DNA of 64,000 nt from Octopus sinensis (Eukaryota). The stretch is from NCBI RefSeq assembly GCF_006345805.1, contig NC_042998.1, positions 117,676,001 through 117,740,000 on the forward strand, read 5' to 3'. Numbering within the stretch: the stretch's first letter is position 1; every line of letters starts with the position of its first letter. The notes under the pieces are model-generated. The model was not told the DNA's origin, searched no databases, and worked only from the letters and a program-made list of their open reading frames with translations. Both the position numbers and the translations under genes were made by a program. This document shows positions 1 through 13,992 of the stretch, piece by piece.

Positions 1-1400
1 AATAGTAATGCGAGGATAAATAAAGAGGGGAAAATTGAAAAACTAGACACTACCTATAGAATACAATTACAGCGAGGAATAGTAATGATTTTAAGAAAAT
101 GGAGTCATATAAACGAATAAGAAATACTGATTGTAAAAGAAACTTTAGTAGGAAGCAGATAATAAATATATAAACCTGTCTATTAAAAATACACAAATAA
201 ACACCAAATATTAATAAAAGCAGAACACATATGAAAACCAGAGAAATAGCATAAATACTTTTAATAAGAACGTGAAAAATTTCTCTAGGAATAAGATATC
301 CGATAATATGGAATCGTATATTATTCCCTACGGTAAGCAAATTATTCCCAACATCCCAAAATTATTCTAATCGGTTGCAGAAATCAATTTTCTAAAACCA
401 GATAAATATTATCGTATTTTTAACAAACGCAAGATTAGAATAACAGTTTCCAATAGTAGAAACCTGGCACAAATCACTGCAGCGCACAACGCGAAGAGAT
501 TGAATAATTTCTATGAGAATGGTATCAATAACAACCAGAATGTAAATAGTAATTTTATTTCAAACTACATTGAAATAAGCGTTATTAATAGATATAGTAA
601 CATGAGAAAAAGCTGCAATAAAGGAACCAACACAAGGGAAGCGACTGGTAATAATTCTGAGGCGGGACTTGGGCGGGAAGAGAAAAACGTTAGAACGTGC
701 AGTACTGGGAAAGTAAATGATGAAAACAGGGCTAATGATCAAGTCATAGATACAAGGGAATTGATACAAGGGAAATAACAAGTGCTAACTCAAAGACTAA
801 AATGGAAAACGGTATCCAGAATGTAATATATCATAACTGTGTAAATAAAAGTACATAGGAAAATAAACCATAGAAAGAAAATAACCAAGTAAAAATAGGG
901 GATAATAGAGGAATAGGTAGAGGAAATAATTGTGATTGCGCAAAACGAAAATCATTCCGGTTAAAATTAAATGTCAAAATTAAAGATGTGGTTTACAGTT
1001 GCAAACTAATATTCTACATAGGTGCTAGTTCTAGATTTATAAAACGTAGAATAGGTAATGAAAAACAACAGTTTAGGGACATAAATATGAAGACTAATAC
1101 GAGTTAAAGTATATTAATTTTGTCGCTTAAAGATGTTAATAGAACATACACAATTAGCTAGGACATAATTATTAGAGTTAAACCGTATTGTTGCAGAAGC
1201 AAACGCTGTGAATTCTGGGTTCAGGAGTTATACAAAATTTTTACCTCAAAATTTAATCCGACAAAACATAGGGAAGAATGCGGTTGAAGAGGTGTCATAC
1301 GTCTAAATATACATTTAAAAAGCTTAAGTACACGCATTAGACAAGCCACTAGAATTAGAATAAGATTTAAGTAAATTAAAAGACAAACAATGAACTTGAA
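1..1400 (+). mobile_element. Decayed Penelope-like element, 3' half (RT thumb/linker + GIY-YIG endonuclease), running off the window start
   Basis: Broken + strand translation gives IIPYGKQIIPNIPKLF..KYYRIFNKRKIRITVSNSRNLAQITAAHNAKRL (~320-520), NCDCAKRK (928), KDVVYSCKLIFYIGASSRFIKRR (GIY-YIG-like, ~982-1055) and KPYCCRSKRCEF (~1180). Many stops and frameshifts. Confidence 0.7.
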
Positions 1401-1950
1401 TTAAGTGAACACCTCTAAAAAAATTTAAAAGTTGAAAAATTTAACGTGTTGAAGAATTAAATTGCGTTTAATAAACATAACTCTCAGCAGAATATTTAAT
1501 TTAATAGGTAACAAGAAAATTATGAACCTATATATTAATAATGATAAAAACAAAGGTTAAACCAGAAATATAATTGAATACCTCAATAAAATGAGAATAC
1601 GCTACATAATTAACAAAATTGTAAGCTGGACTATAATACTAAGGAATCCACAGGAATCTTTACCCTTGAACTATTTTAAGAACAATCACAGCAATAAATA
1701 CCTAAGTAGCCGAGGTAATCTTCAGGTAACAAGGAAATATACCTATTTCTAGTATGAGCAACACCTCCTGAACGATTCATAAGTCTCATAACTTTCTTCC
1801 AATAATTAAGACAAAGATGCACATTTAACAGTGTGCAGCGGATGCAAACTGGAACGTGCGAAGATCCAACGGTGAATGCTGCAAATAATTGTATGATACA
1901 ATTCGGATGTGTAAATCTCCGTTCTCCTAATCTTTAGTAATTACATTATA

Positions 1951-2185
1951 GGCATAGGAATGAATAGGTGGTAAGAAGATTGCATCTAAACCAGATGGTT
2001 CCGAGTTCAGTACCACTCCGTGGCACCTTGAGCAAGTGCCTTCTGTAATAGCCTCGGGACGGGAAAATGTAATTAGCATTTTGCTGCGTTTGAGAATAAA
2101 ATTATCTCCTTATCTGTATCTTTCAATACATCTCAACGCTTATAAAACAAACTTTGTTGATTTTCAACGTTTATTTGAAATGAAG

Positions 2186-2228
<43 letters not shown>

Positions 2229-2237
2229 ATATATATA

Positions 2238-2268
<31 letters not shown>

Positions 2269-2296
2269 ATATTATATATATATATATATATACATA

Positions 2297-2348
<52 letters not shown>

Positions 2349-2442
2349 ATGTATGTATGTTTGCATGTATTTGTGTGTCTGTACTTGTCACCCCACCATC
2401 ACTTGACAACCGATGCTGGTCTGTTTACGTCCCCGTAACTTA
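1951..2442 (+). mobile_element. tRNA-derived SINE (octopus OK/OR-type family A), interrupted, with internal (TA)n
   Basis: Head GTGGTAAGAAGATTGC..GATGGTTCCGAGTTCAGTACCACTCCGTGGCACCTTGAGCAAGTG and tail module TTGTGTGTCTG..CTTGACAACCGATGCTGGTCTGTTTACGTCCCCGTAACTTAG both match the copy at 17936-18390. Confidence 0.85.
2187..2350. repeat. (TA)n microsatellite inside SINE
   Basis: Direct reading; a few TT/AA phase shifts. Confidence 0.95.
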
Positions 2443-3339
2443 GTACGTAAATGCGCAATAATCGTACGAAACGTTGACCGTTTGTTCACATATTATTTCC
2501 TCAACTTGCTAAAAACGAGAAAAGCGGAAAGCAAAATATCATTTAATATTTTGTCATGCAACTTCATATTCTTTAGAATGCCACCGAAATTAACTCTCCA
2601 TTTCATCACCTTTGAGATCGTGATAAACGTACTTGATGCAATCGATTTTAATACTCCTATGTTGTAAATTTTGCAGTCGCTAGTAATCATAAGTTGCCAA
2701 ACTAATTTCTGGTATTTACACGCAACAATTCCAAAAGCGTCAACGTAACATATAGGATCTTGCATACATATACTCTTTGCTCTACATTTTATCACCACTG
2801 TAAAAATGCCTATAAACAAATATATTTTTTATACCAGTATTAGTTAATCAACAAATAAGGAAAGCCTGGTTTCATTCTTGTAAGAAACGTAAATCTATTA
2901 ACTATATGTTTAAATAGAAGCATTACTGAAAATGATACTGCATTAGATACATAACTAGATTGCAATGTATATAAGTACACAATCGTGGTAAATAGCGAAA
3001 ATCCTACATAAATAATCCTCGCGAACAGTATGTCGGGAGGTCTTCTCGAGAATACACTCATATTAAAATGATATAAAAAGAGGAAACATTATTTCATTGT
3101 TTTAGATTCTGGAATCATTTCGCTTAGGATATACTTGGGCTCAATCTTCAAAAGTTTATTAAGTAGATCAAATCGAGAGTAGTAGTTATTTTTTCAATTA
3201 AGTTACTATATCAGTTATGTTTCATAAGACCTTATATTATGAGAACCTAAATGTATTATACCTGTTGTTATGCAGTATGATAAATACGAATACGCACAAG
3301 CATACACCTGTGTACGTAGCTATAAATACATGGTGTATG

Positions 3340-3374
3340 TGTACACATATGTGTATGTGTATATGTATATGTGC

Positions 3375-3425
<51 letters not shown>

Positions 3426-3454
3426 TATATGCGTGTGTGTGTATGTATACATAA

Positions 3455-3490
<36 letters not shown>

Positions 3491-3511
3491 TTATGTATAC
3501 ATACACACACA

Positions 3512-3576
<65 letters not shown>

Positions 3577-3610
3577 CGTATTTGTATATGTATACATACA
3601 TATATATTAA
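3340..3610. repeat. Compound (TA)n/(TG)n/(CA)n microsatellite
   Basis: Direct reading. Confidence 0.95.
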
Positions 3611-5619
3611 ATGAGAACGTAAGGACAGATGAAACGCCACTAAGCAATTTTTTCTTGCGTACCATGTGTTCTGCCTGTTCATCTTGTAACGGAAAATAAT
3701 TTTTTTAATAAAAACAATATAATTTTGCGCGGTATTTCCCTCATTCACATAATCCATGTATGTGGACATAAAATCTTTGAAACACATCCTTTTCAGTACA
3801 TTCATTCAGCTATAAAATTTTGAGTGTCATTTTGATGGACATTTTTCAGTATAGGTAAATTTAGAATTGAATAATGAAGAATTATGGCTTACAAAGCTCA
3901 ATCGGTCATTCGAATAACCAAATATAATCCAGTAGTTTCACCCTCCTTGTTTCTCATATTATACTTTGGAAAACGTTATTTAACATTATTTGATGTTATC
4001 GTTTAAGGCAGAATGACGGTCATACGGCATCGATTTCATGTGGAGCGTCTAATTATCATACTTTTGATTATCAAAATTATTACCACAGTGGACAGTAAAC
4101 ACTGGAAAATCTGAGACCAACAGTGCAAAGATATGCGTTAGACATATTAAATAACTAATGAAAAAAACACACACACAGCAAAATACTAGCATTCAAACTT
4201 TATGAGATTTAATGTAACTGAATATTTTCCTATACGAGTTAGGCTTCAAAAGTATATACATTCTTAGCATTAAATATTCTTATTCTTAAGCACTTTAAAT
4301 TTAATCAAATTTCCTGAACCATACGAAAGTATAGAATTAAAATGTTATATATGTCCTTTCTATAATCTATTTTTTTTTCATCTGAACAGTATTTGGTCAT
4401 TTATTGTATCATAAACCCTTGATAACATTTAGAAAGAAATAAAAGTTTTACAACAATATGTTGGAAATTGTTAACTTTTTATAAGTGTAAAAGCAGACAT
4501 TAGACTGCCATTTTTGTTTTAATTTTGTTTTTATTGCAAGCTGTTATGATTATTTAATAATTTGTTTCAGTATTAGAATCGAGTGTTTTATTTTTCTACA
4601 CTATGATAAGATGTAGAAAAATGGTAGATTGGGCATGTTGTCAAAATTATTGGAAAACATTAACTGTTGTAATTTGTGATGAGTAATCGGAAAACCTTTT
4701 CTTCGGTAACTGTAAAACCACATACTTCACAAAACTTAATAAAGTTTATTTTGCAGAATGCAACAGCCGTCGCTTACAATGAGATATAGCTCGATAGCAG
4801 CTACCAGGATATTATTTACTGCTAAGTTGCCTATCTATACAATAACAGACAAAAGACGTCCTCAGTTCTCCGACGTTTGACATAGCACAACATTGAAGAT
4901 GGAAAACGTTGAGTGGGATAATCTGGTACCGACAGGAGATTTTAACTCATTTTCAGCTCCATAGGTTGGCAGAACGTGAAATCGTGTGCCTTGCTCAAGG
5001 ACGCTACCAACCAGGCATCAATCCATGACATTTGATGGGAACGAAATACAAATTCTCATTCTTTAATTGTGAAATGCTATTTGCAAAAGATGTTGCGTTG
5101 AAAGAAACCAGATTTCTATTCCACGTAACTGCTATAATTTAACAGCTACCTTTGATTTTGGTAGTTAGTGAAACTGATAACTATCACTGTCACCTAGAAA
5201 ATAATATAGAAAATAATATAAGTTTCCATATTCATAATATAGAAAACTATATAATATTCTTAAGACAAAACCCGACTATAAAATACTAATGGCTACACGT
5301 TTTTCATTATACATCAGTAAAATATTAAATTGATTTTCGACGTCAATGCAGCTATCAGAACCAGTGTTATCAATACATCTATCAGAATAGTGTTATGAAA
5401 AGTCTTGCTTATAGATAATATGTCGCCGTTACCATAGGTATCTAAAATTCAACGTTGTCTTTGTATATTACCATAATCAAGGGAGGGTGGTCAACGCCCA
5501 CACTATTTTCATTTATACAAACAAGTAAAGTAACGACGGTTCTACCCGACTAAAATCTTAAAGCATATTATTTCAACAAAAGTAATCATTTAATCACACC
5601 CAGGAGCCAGAAAGGGCGA

Positions 5620-6380
5620 TGGTACTTGAGGTAGGTTGTCGTTTATTTTACGTTAACAGAAATGTCCATGTGACAGTTAACATATTTGAAACAGATGGAA
5701 GTGTTCAGAACGTCAGGAAGACTGCTGGTATCAATGGACCTTCAAAGCAAGAACGGTTAGTAGAAAGTATTCCAATTGTTCACGAACATCTCTGGTCAGA
5801 TAGGAATTTGAAAAATCAAGAGTCCATTGCATTTTAGAAAAGTTCCATCAAAAGATTCATCCATCTTCTCAATGTACATGATACTAACGAAAGAATGAAA
5901 TTTTGCGTGTGGTAAGTGGCAAGAGGCACATATACACACATTGCAGCAAAGATTGATTGAAGTTATGCGACTACATTTAAATTAAATGATTCAATTAACT
6001 GCAACAGTTACATCACCTTGAGAAATGAAGAACTGAATATCCAAATATTAGAGAGGAACACCATGTACCAGGAGTTAGTTTAGTGTGACTTATCTTCAAA
6101 AGAAAGAATAGCGCCATTCTTTCTTGACAGTACTGTTGCTTGAAGCTGTAGCATTAGATTGTCATATCAAGAGTTGAAGCAGAATTTAAAGTTGTGAAGT
6201 TTTTGTTCTTTCTCTTTGCAAGAGGCGACACCCGGCCCACAAAACCTTATATTCGTATAAGGTCATTCTTTAATCAGAGTTTGACAAACAAAAGGATGAG
6301 ACAAAGCCTTTCAGTCGAATACCTTCGTGCTTACCTGCTCTTAAGTTACTAGACAGTTTTCACACAGATAATTCAAAGAA
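5620..6380 (+). mobile_element. Decayed Tc1/mariner-superfamily transposase remnant (rosa/DD41D-like)
   Basis: NIFETDGSVQNVRK (ORF 5619-5837), ERMKFCVW (~5890), ..TTFKLND.IN (DEATF.LNG-like, ~5965) and a QQDGAP.H-like segment (~6215-6240) in the expected order. Heavily mutated. Confidence 0.55.
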
Positions 6381-7619
6381 AATTTTATACTATAAAAAAG
6401 TAAACAGATAACAAAATGAGGGAAGCCACCAAAAGTGAATATGCCTAAATACCGTACAACATATATCTGTATATGTGCAATTTTAGGGATTCGGGTTATC
6501 ATAATGCCTTGGCCATTAAGGTCGTCACCTTCTGAAGTACAAATTAAATTATTTATGTAAGGTGTATTGAATTTAGAAAAGGAAATGTACTTCATTTGTA
6601 ATAAGCATTGATTTTATGCATGAATGTATGAATGAACGTATGTATGCCTTTCTTCAATTTTATTTTAAGATATCTTACCATTAAAGAAATAGTCGGTTTC
6701 AAACCTAGATCCCAGTCTCTTTCATTGAGATTTCAAGAATATCATCAGAATATTTTTGAATGTATGTATGTATATGCGCAGATTTGTGTTTTTAGTTTGA
6801 TGTACATTTTATGCATATACTTGTATATCTAGATATCCTCATATATATTTAAATGACAAACTTCTGGAAAGTGTTACAGATATTTACATTTCCAGTGATG
6901 GCTTGAATCTGTGAGCATGTATGTATGCATGTATGTATGTGTGTGTATGTATGGTGTGTATATGTGTATCTATGTGTGTGTGCGTGTGTCTATGTATCAG
7001 TGGTAGGTGTTAGTCCTTTGTATTTTAAAAGTTTCTTATAACTACGAATACTTTGTGTATCATGTTACAGCAGTTTTATTTTCAACTATGCGTTTTCTGA
7101 TGTGTAAACGGAGGAGAAACCTATTTAGAGATGGACTTGACGTGATTCTCACTTTCGCTAAAGACACAAACTAATGCAAACAATTCCTGATTATGACGGC
7201 CATACTACACGCTGCCGTTATTTTCTCAGCTTCGTATTAACCTCGCAGTGTAAGAATTATAGAATCATTACAATACCTGCTGCACGAATAATGGTAATGC
7301 ATGGTAAGATATTACCCAATTAACTGAACAGCTCGTTCAATAAATATTATGAGATAATATGGCATAATTTCGCTTAAGGCAGATTGATATGTTACACTGG
7401 GTGTTTTCTAGTAATGTAGAGCTATATGTCCTATAAACATATTTGCTGGAAGACATAATTTTATGCATAAATGCCTAAAAGTAAAGTAAAAAATTGCCGA
7501 TACTCAAATTGGTTGAAATGGACCTTGAATAGATTATTTCATCACATTTTAGGAGATTTTCCGCTGGTACCTCTTTTCGTATTGGCAGCCAGCCACAAAA
7601 TGCAAAACATATGTTATAA

Positions 7620-7659
7620 GCATATAAACATATACATATACATACATATACATACATAC

Positions 7660-7715
<56 letters not shown>

Positions 7716-7902
7716 ATGTATGTATGCATATAGATATGCATACATACATATATAAATATGTATATATATATATATGTATATATATATACATATATATATA
7801 CATATATATATATACATATATATATATATGTATATATATATGTATATATATATACATATATATATGTGTGTATATATATGTACATATGTATATATGTATG
7901 TG

Positions 7903-7981
<79 letters not shown>

Positions 7982-7985
7982 GCAC
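7620..7985. repeat. Compound (TA)n/(TACA)n/(TG)n microsatellite
   Basis: Direct reading. Confidence 0.95.
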
Positions 7986-10900
7986 TCACATACTCATGTA
8001 AATATTCATATGTTTGTATCTTTATGCTTTGGTGCGGGTAAAATATGAATATAAGAATAATAATGATACACGCATATATTTTTACCACTTAAGTAGCAGT
8101 ACTCAGCAACAATCTCAGAACTCACGAAATTTTGGCCTAAATTTCAGTGTCCCATTGTTGTAGAATATGATGCATTAGTTCTGTAAATGAGAGCTCCAAT
8201 TGAAAAAAAAAATCGAATAAAAAACTAACCATCATCACAAAAAGCATTGAACAGAGTAATTCCTGTTGTGGTATATGTACGAAAGGGTAGTTTAATAACT
8301 CTTAGATATTAAAGCAGTAAGCAAGATAGGTTTTGTTTAATTAAAATAATCTCCTGTACTAAGTTAATATGTTTTCTCTTTCATCGGATGATATGTCACA
8401 TGTAGCTTTAAAATGACATCCCATAAACGAGGCACCGCCCTACAATTGTTTGACAACTTAATATTCCATTTAATTTAAACACATTTTTGAGCTGAATAGC
8501 TATTGCACCTTCCCACATGTAGTAGATATTAATAGTGTTTTTAATTATAGCTATAAGTAACTAATCATTCAGATTTATGGTTGAAAAACCAGGCCTTCAT
8601 GATTCGTTACAGAAATGTGTTCATATACTTTATACTTCTGTTTCGAAAACGTACGCGAAGCTCACGTTAAAAAGACAAAAAATGTTTAAACAAACGTTAA
8701 AGGGATGTAGCTGTCTCCCTCTAGCCCTCTTCGGTTTGATGTTGTGCTGGGTCGCTTTTACCGGAATTGATCGGGTGTTTATGCTAACGTGCGGCAACAT
8801 GAGTCCCTAAGACAGAAATGGTGAGTGGCGTTTGTGGAGGAAAGTGTTTCTGCATTTGAATCTTGAAGACTTTGATCAAATAAAGCATATACTTAGCCGC
8901 AACGATAGATGGATTTTGTTTCGCTGAAAACAAAAGATTAATCAGAATTTACAAACAATACTGTGTTTCCGTTTAATTCAAACATTTAATGTTCTTGTAA
9001 ATATGTGATTGTATAGTTTTACTTTGGTAGTGGTCAGTTTAGCTAAGGAGACCAGCGACAAAGAAATGTCGGCCTTTAATCATGCTTCACTTAAAGCATT
9101 CAGTCGAGCAATGTCTTTCTAATAACATATCCCACATCAGATTTCAGGATAGTATAGTTTAATTTGATTATTCGAGTATTGGATTCTTTTACCGATTTAA
9201 ATTCCCCCTGACTTCAGTTGTTAATCCACGCTGAGATACTAAGATCAGGTGCTTTACTTGCATGCTTATATCCCAACTAATATATATTGGAGTCTTTTGT
9301 GGAAACGCTCAATCACATAGGAGGATACAACATAAACATGACTATGCGTATAAGTAAATATACAACGCATTTCTTTGTATGTACCGCCAACTGAATTTTA
9401 CTGATAAGGCAAGGGCAATACTGGTATTAAACTAAAATAAATTTACCCGGTGTGTCACGCAATAAGAGGCACGAAGTTGCAAAGCCTAACTCTTAAATAT
9501 ACGACATTTACTGTCCCTATAACTAGTTATTTTGAAACATGTTTTAGAGCAAATTTTCTCGATACGTGTTTCATTATGAAAGCAGAGTGAATTAACTGTT
9601 AATCGCGGTGATAATTTTCGTTTTGATCTGCTCTGGATGGGATTTACTGCATGCACATTAACAATATGAATCAATCACAATTTTCGCAATAATTACATAG
9701 AAGAATAATCTTAAGTTTACATAAGATAGACTTATATCGATGTTTGAAATTTATTATGATTCTTGAAGATATGCACTCGGAAATTGCTTAGTTTCGATAA
9801 AATTGGATGGTAGTATTCTACTGAAAAAAGTGCCTTGAAATATCAGGAAATTCAGCCTATATTGTTGTATTTGTCGTTGCTATAATTCTAAACAAACGAC
9901 ACAAATATGTATGATGATAGAAGTAATTCTTTTACAAATATCAGGATTGGGAAAATTATGTTAAACACCGATGGAATTCTTTCCTCTCAAACGCAGTGAG
10001 TCCTTTGAGTACCATTCACCAACATGGGTACTGCATGTGTTTATACATACACAGACACAATTTTAGATCTAATCTCGTTTTAACCGTTTCTATTCAATTA
10101 GCCCATTGCAGCAGGTTTTATGTTCAACAGCAATGCCAGCATATACATATTCTATTGTATGAGAAGTAGTAAAAAATATATAAAAATTTCAAGGTTTATG
10201 CTAAAAGCAAATCTTTTCTTACGACAATTGCAACAGACTGAGGAAATTACTTCCAAAAATAGAAGAATGTATACAAATATACTGAACATATCAACCCCAT
10301 CTTCAAATTACTATCCCTTCAGTTCAGCCCGAATAGATATTACCAAACGAAATACCCAAACCTCAATAGTTAATTATCGATAATAACTAAAATTACATAT
10401 CTCTTCAATACTTTCTTATTCAACAACAGTTAATTTACTGCTCGAGCAGACCTATGTTCAGATTCATTCCAGTATTGATCATCTTGTTTGTTTATTTCTC
10501 CAGGACTATATAACTTTAAAATTTCCTACCATGTTAAGACCGTACTCTATCATTCACTGTTATTTGGCCAAGAGTTATCTCTCGCCCAGTACGCCTTTCT
10601 GCAGCGCCTCTTCTAGATTTCTAACTTCCTGTTGCTCTAGTGTAGAAATATCTATCCTTAAATTTTCACAAAATCTTATCGACCCTGCTATAATAGCCAT
10701 TGTATAGGGCTACGCAAGATTGGTTTTTGATGCTTTCTCCTCTCAAATTCCAGTTAACAAATGTAATAATCCGTAGAGAAAGACGCATTCAGTGTCCAGC
10801 AACCTTCTCATTGCCTATAGCATATGCGTATATTTATTTTACAATTGAATTGTGAACACTGGTGGAATCGGAATAATCTAGTCGACATATGTCAGCCACG

Positions 10901-11539
10901 TTATAAATTCTGGTGAGGCTTGTAAGATTGTTACACACGTTTTTCCTATCAGCACTAAAAAAACTGGTTCCCAGGAGAATTTACAAGCACCTGAAAAAAT
11001 CGGGTAACTGTGTCCTCATTTATGCATACATGTCGACTGGTCTAAATGCAACGATTTTGCTAATATTTCTGTCCAGGAACACATTCTCACCATCCATGCC
11101 TAGGAGATAGGAAGGTTCTGAAAGCCTAGTCTTATCTCAAGGAGCATCTACACTTCTTCCCCATACAGGCGAAGTGAAAAATACGAAGGGCCCCGTTCAC
11201 TGAAAATGTATGGTAAGACGCTTGTGCAATACGGTTTGTTCTCGCCGATGGCTATCACCTCCAAAGCTGGTGACGTGTTCATTGACTGGCAAATGTATTT
11301 CCATTGTGAGCCCAACACTTGTATATATATTTACTCCAATGCCAGAGTTGACATATTAACAAAAGAAATGCAGAGAAAAAATTAAATAAATCATGTTGCT
11401 AATTTGTGGACGCTGAAACTGGCTGAATCGGTCTCTATGTAGCTTTGGGAATTCGGTTAAAATCAAACATCTCTCTATTGCGATGAAGCATCTCAAATCA
11501 GTGAGAAAAGTAAAACCATTGCCGTTTGATGTCTGGATG

Positions 11540-12100
11540 TCCATTCTTCTTCTTTACATGTTTAGTGGAACCTTCAATTTGCTGTTTCTGAAGTCCTGTG
11601 TTTCATTTTTTTTAAGGAAATAATTTCTCTATTCATGCTTCGTATCTGTATAACATTTTTGGTGGCTGTGTTGTGTTCATGCTCAGTTTGTGCTTGTCTT
11701 TGCGGGTACTTCTGATATTTTTAGGAGGGAAATGTTGAAGGTGATTGTTTTTTAGTATTTCTTCGTGCTACTAAGCACATGGTGCTATCGTTATTGTGTA
11801 GTACATTTAAAAGGTTTGTTTAGAAGGGGTGCATATTTTTCTATATATTCATTTGAAACATTATTTTTTTCTCATTTTCTCTATCGAAAAGTGAGGTTTC
11901 TCCGAATCTTTTCCATATTCTTAGATTTGAATGCAAGGAGGGTTTCCAGTGTGCTGCAAAGTCAAAAGTTTTCTCCATTGATTTTATTTGAAGAGTGAAT
12001 TACTGTTATCCATCAAAACATAAGTTAATATCCCCCTGTCGTCCAACACACGTGGAACTCAGTGCGGTTTAACACGATACGTCCTTCTTCCTAAATGCGC
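11540..12100 (-). mobile_element. Highly decayed Penelope-like RT remnant
   Basis: Minus-strand pseudo-translation across frameshifts, SLHSNLR..EKDSEKPHF (~11890-11950), resembles SINPNIQFTMEYNQKELPF of the young PLE ORF at 41384-42841. Confidence 0.4.
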
Positions 12101-12959
12101 TGCGTGAAGGACATTTTTCCCGTTGTACATGTGAAATATGGAGGATCTTATCAGAAGCGCTCTGCTTTTGAGACGGATGTCCACGCTTCCATACTGCCTT
12201 ACACTCGTTGCATATTCTGTATTCCATCTGGTACTTTGAGAGTTATTTGCACTTGATTGTGTGGTACAGCTTCTAGACGTCGGGCATTGTCGACACTCAT
12301 TGAAGCAGCACCGCTTTCCGGATAGTTGATAATAAAATGTCACCTCTAATTACAACTTGTGCTTTGCATGTCAGGCATTACTCGTCTGTTTAGGGTGGAC
12401 GAGAAATATTTCATTGCTTTGCCGTCACAGCTATTATTCATATACTTCCGTCTCCTGCTGTTATTGATATTACCCGATATCGTTGCTTTTCACTGTCGTT
12501 CTTGTTGATAGAGTTGCTGCTCATCATAGTTAGTATTGTTGAAAATATCACTATTGTTATGCTTGTAGATGTTGGTATTTCTGTGGCGTCTGCTGGTATT
12601 GATGCTGTTGCTTTTGTTGCAGCTTTCGTTAGAGCTGCTTTTTTTATTATTTTACTCGAATTCAACTCTCACTGTTGCCCACGGTAGTCAAACTTGTGAG
12701 ATGTTTGAGTTAAGATAACAGGAGTCGCTCATATCCATTGTCTGAGAAGAACCATTTCCCCCCCTACATTTCATGCAGTACAGTGGGTGCTACAGTTTGT
12801 GTCACCACAATTTTAGACACTAAAGGTTATGAGTGGGTCCACTCTTATTGTCCTACACACCACACTGTGAACTAGGGACTTTTATTGAACAAATTGTCGA
12901 AAGGAAATTAGAATGAACAACATATTTGCAACGAAAACATACTTTTAAAAGCCAAAGCG

Positions 12960-13689
12960 AAGAACATTCAGCAAATAATAATGATAATAATAATTAACAT
13001 CAAATACAGAATAGACAACAAATCAGAAAGTGATAAGTGCAGAATTTATGGACAAGATAATGAAACTTCATGACATATCAACAGTCAATGTACACCACTA
13101 GCCCAGAAAGAATATAAGAGACTTCATGACAACATAGCAAGAATTGTCCAATGAACACTTTGCAGCAAGTACGGACTTGACAAATCAAATACGTGGTCGG
13201 AGCATAAACCTGAAGTCATTATCGAAAATGATAATGCGAAGACCCTATGGAATTTTATGTTTCAGTGCGACCAGGAGATAGAGAAGAGGAAACCAGACAG
13301 ATTGTTAATTGAGAAAGAAAGCAAATGATGCTGGATCATAGATATAGGATGCCCAGCTGACAACAAGGTATGTGATAAGGAAGAAAGAAACATCGATAGA
13401 TATGACAGGTTAGTTGGGGAAGTTAAGCAGTTATGGTCGATAAAAAAGGAGGTAGCTCTACCAATAACTGTCGGAGTCCTGGGAACAGTGAGTAAAAGCT
13501 CTTGAGAAATACATGGAATAAATAGGGGCTGCAATAAGGGTGGAGAACTTGCAGAAAACAGCACTGCTGGGAACTGCTCGAATACTCATGATAGTGCTCG
13601 AAAAATAACGTCTGTTACCTTAGTTCACTGGTAGTGAACAGCTGATACTGGAGCGCATCTCCAATGTTAGAAGCTGTGCAATGACAATA

Positions 13690-13690
<1 letters not shown>
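12960..13690 (+). mobile_element. 3' end of an R4/Dong-clade non-LTR retrotransposon (zinc knuckle + restriction-like endonuclease), decayed
   Basis: DKCRIYGQ..ET..HINSQCTPLAQKEYKRLHDNIARIV (RHD-like), RKPDRLLIEKESK*CWIIDIGCPAD (PD..D RLE motif) and terminal LQKTALLGTARILMIVLEK*. Followed by an (AAT)n tail. Confidence 0.85.

Positions 13691-13992
<302 letters not shown>

Noticed and set aside
2187-2350. TT/AA phase shifts in (TA)n arrays suggesting higher-order or palindromic design
   Set aside because: Equally explained by single-base slippage or long-read indel errors; seen in many arrays with no consistent spacing.
10380-11350. Possible RTE-type LINE remnant on the minus strand (CVFLYG-like motif near 10780)
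   Set aside because: Only one short motif could be read; not enough to call.
12438-12687. Ala/Thr-rich ORFs on both strands
   Set aside because: Low-complexity degenerate trinucleotide sequence with no splice or homology support.
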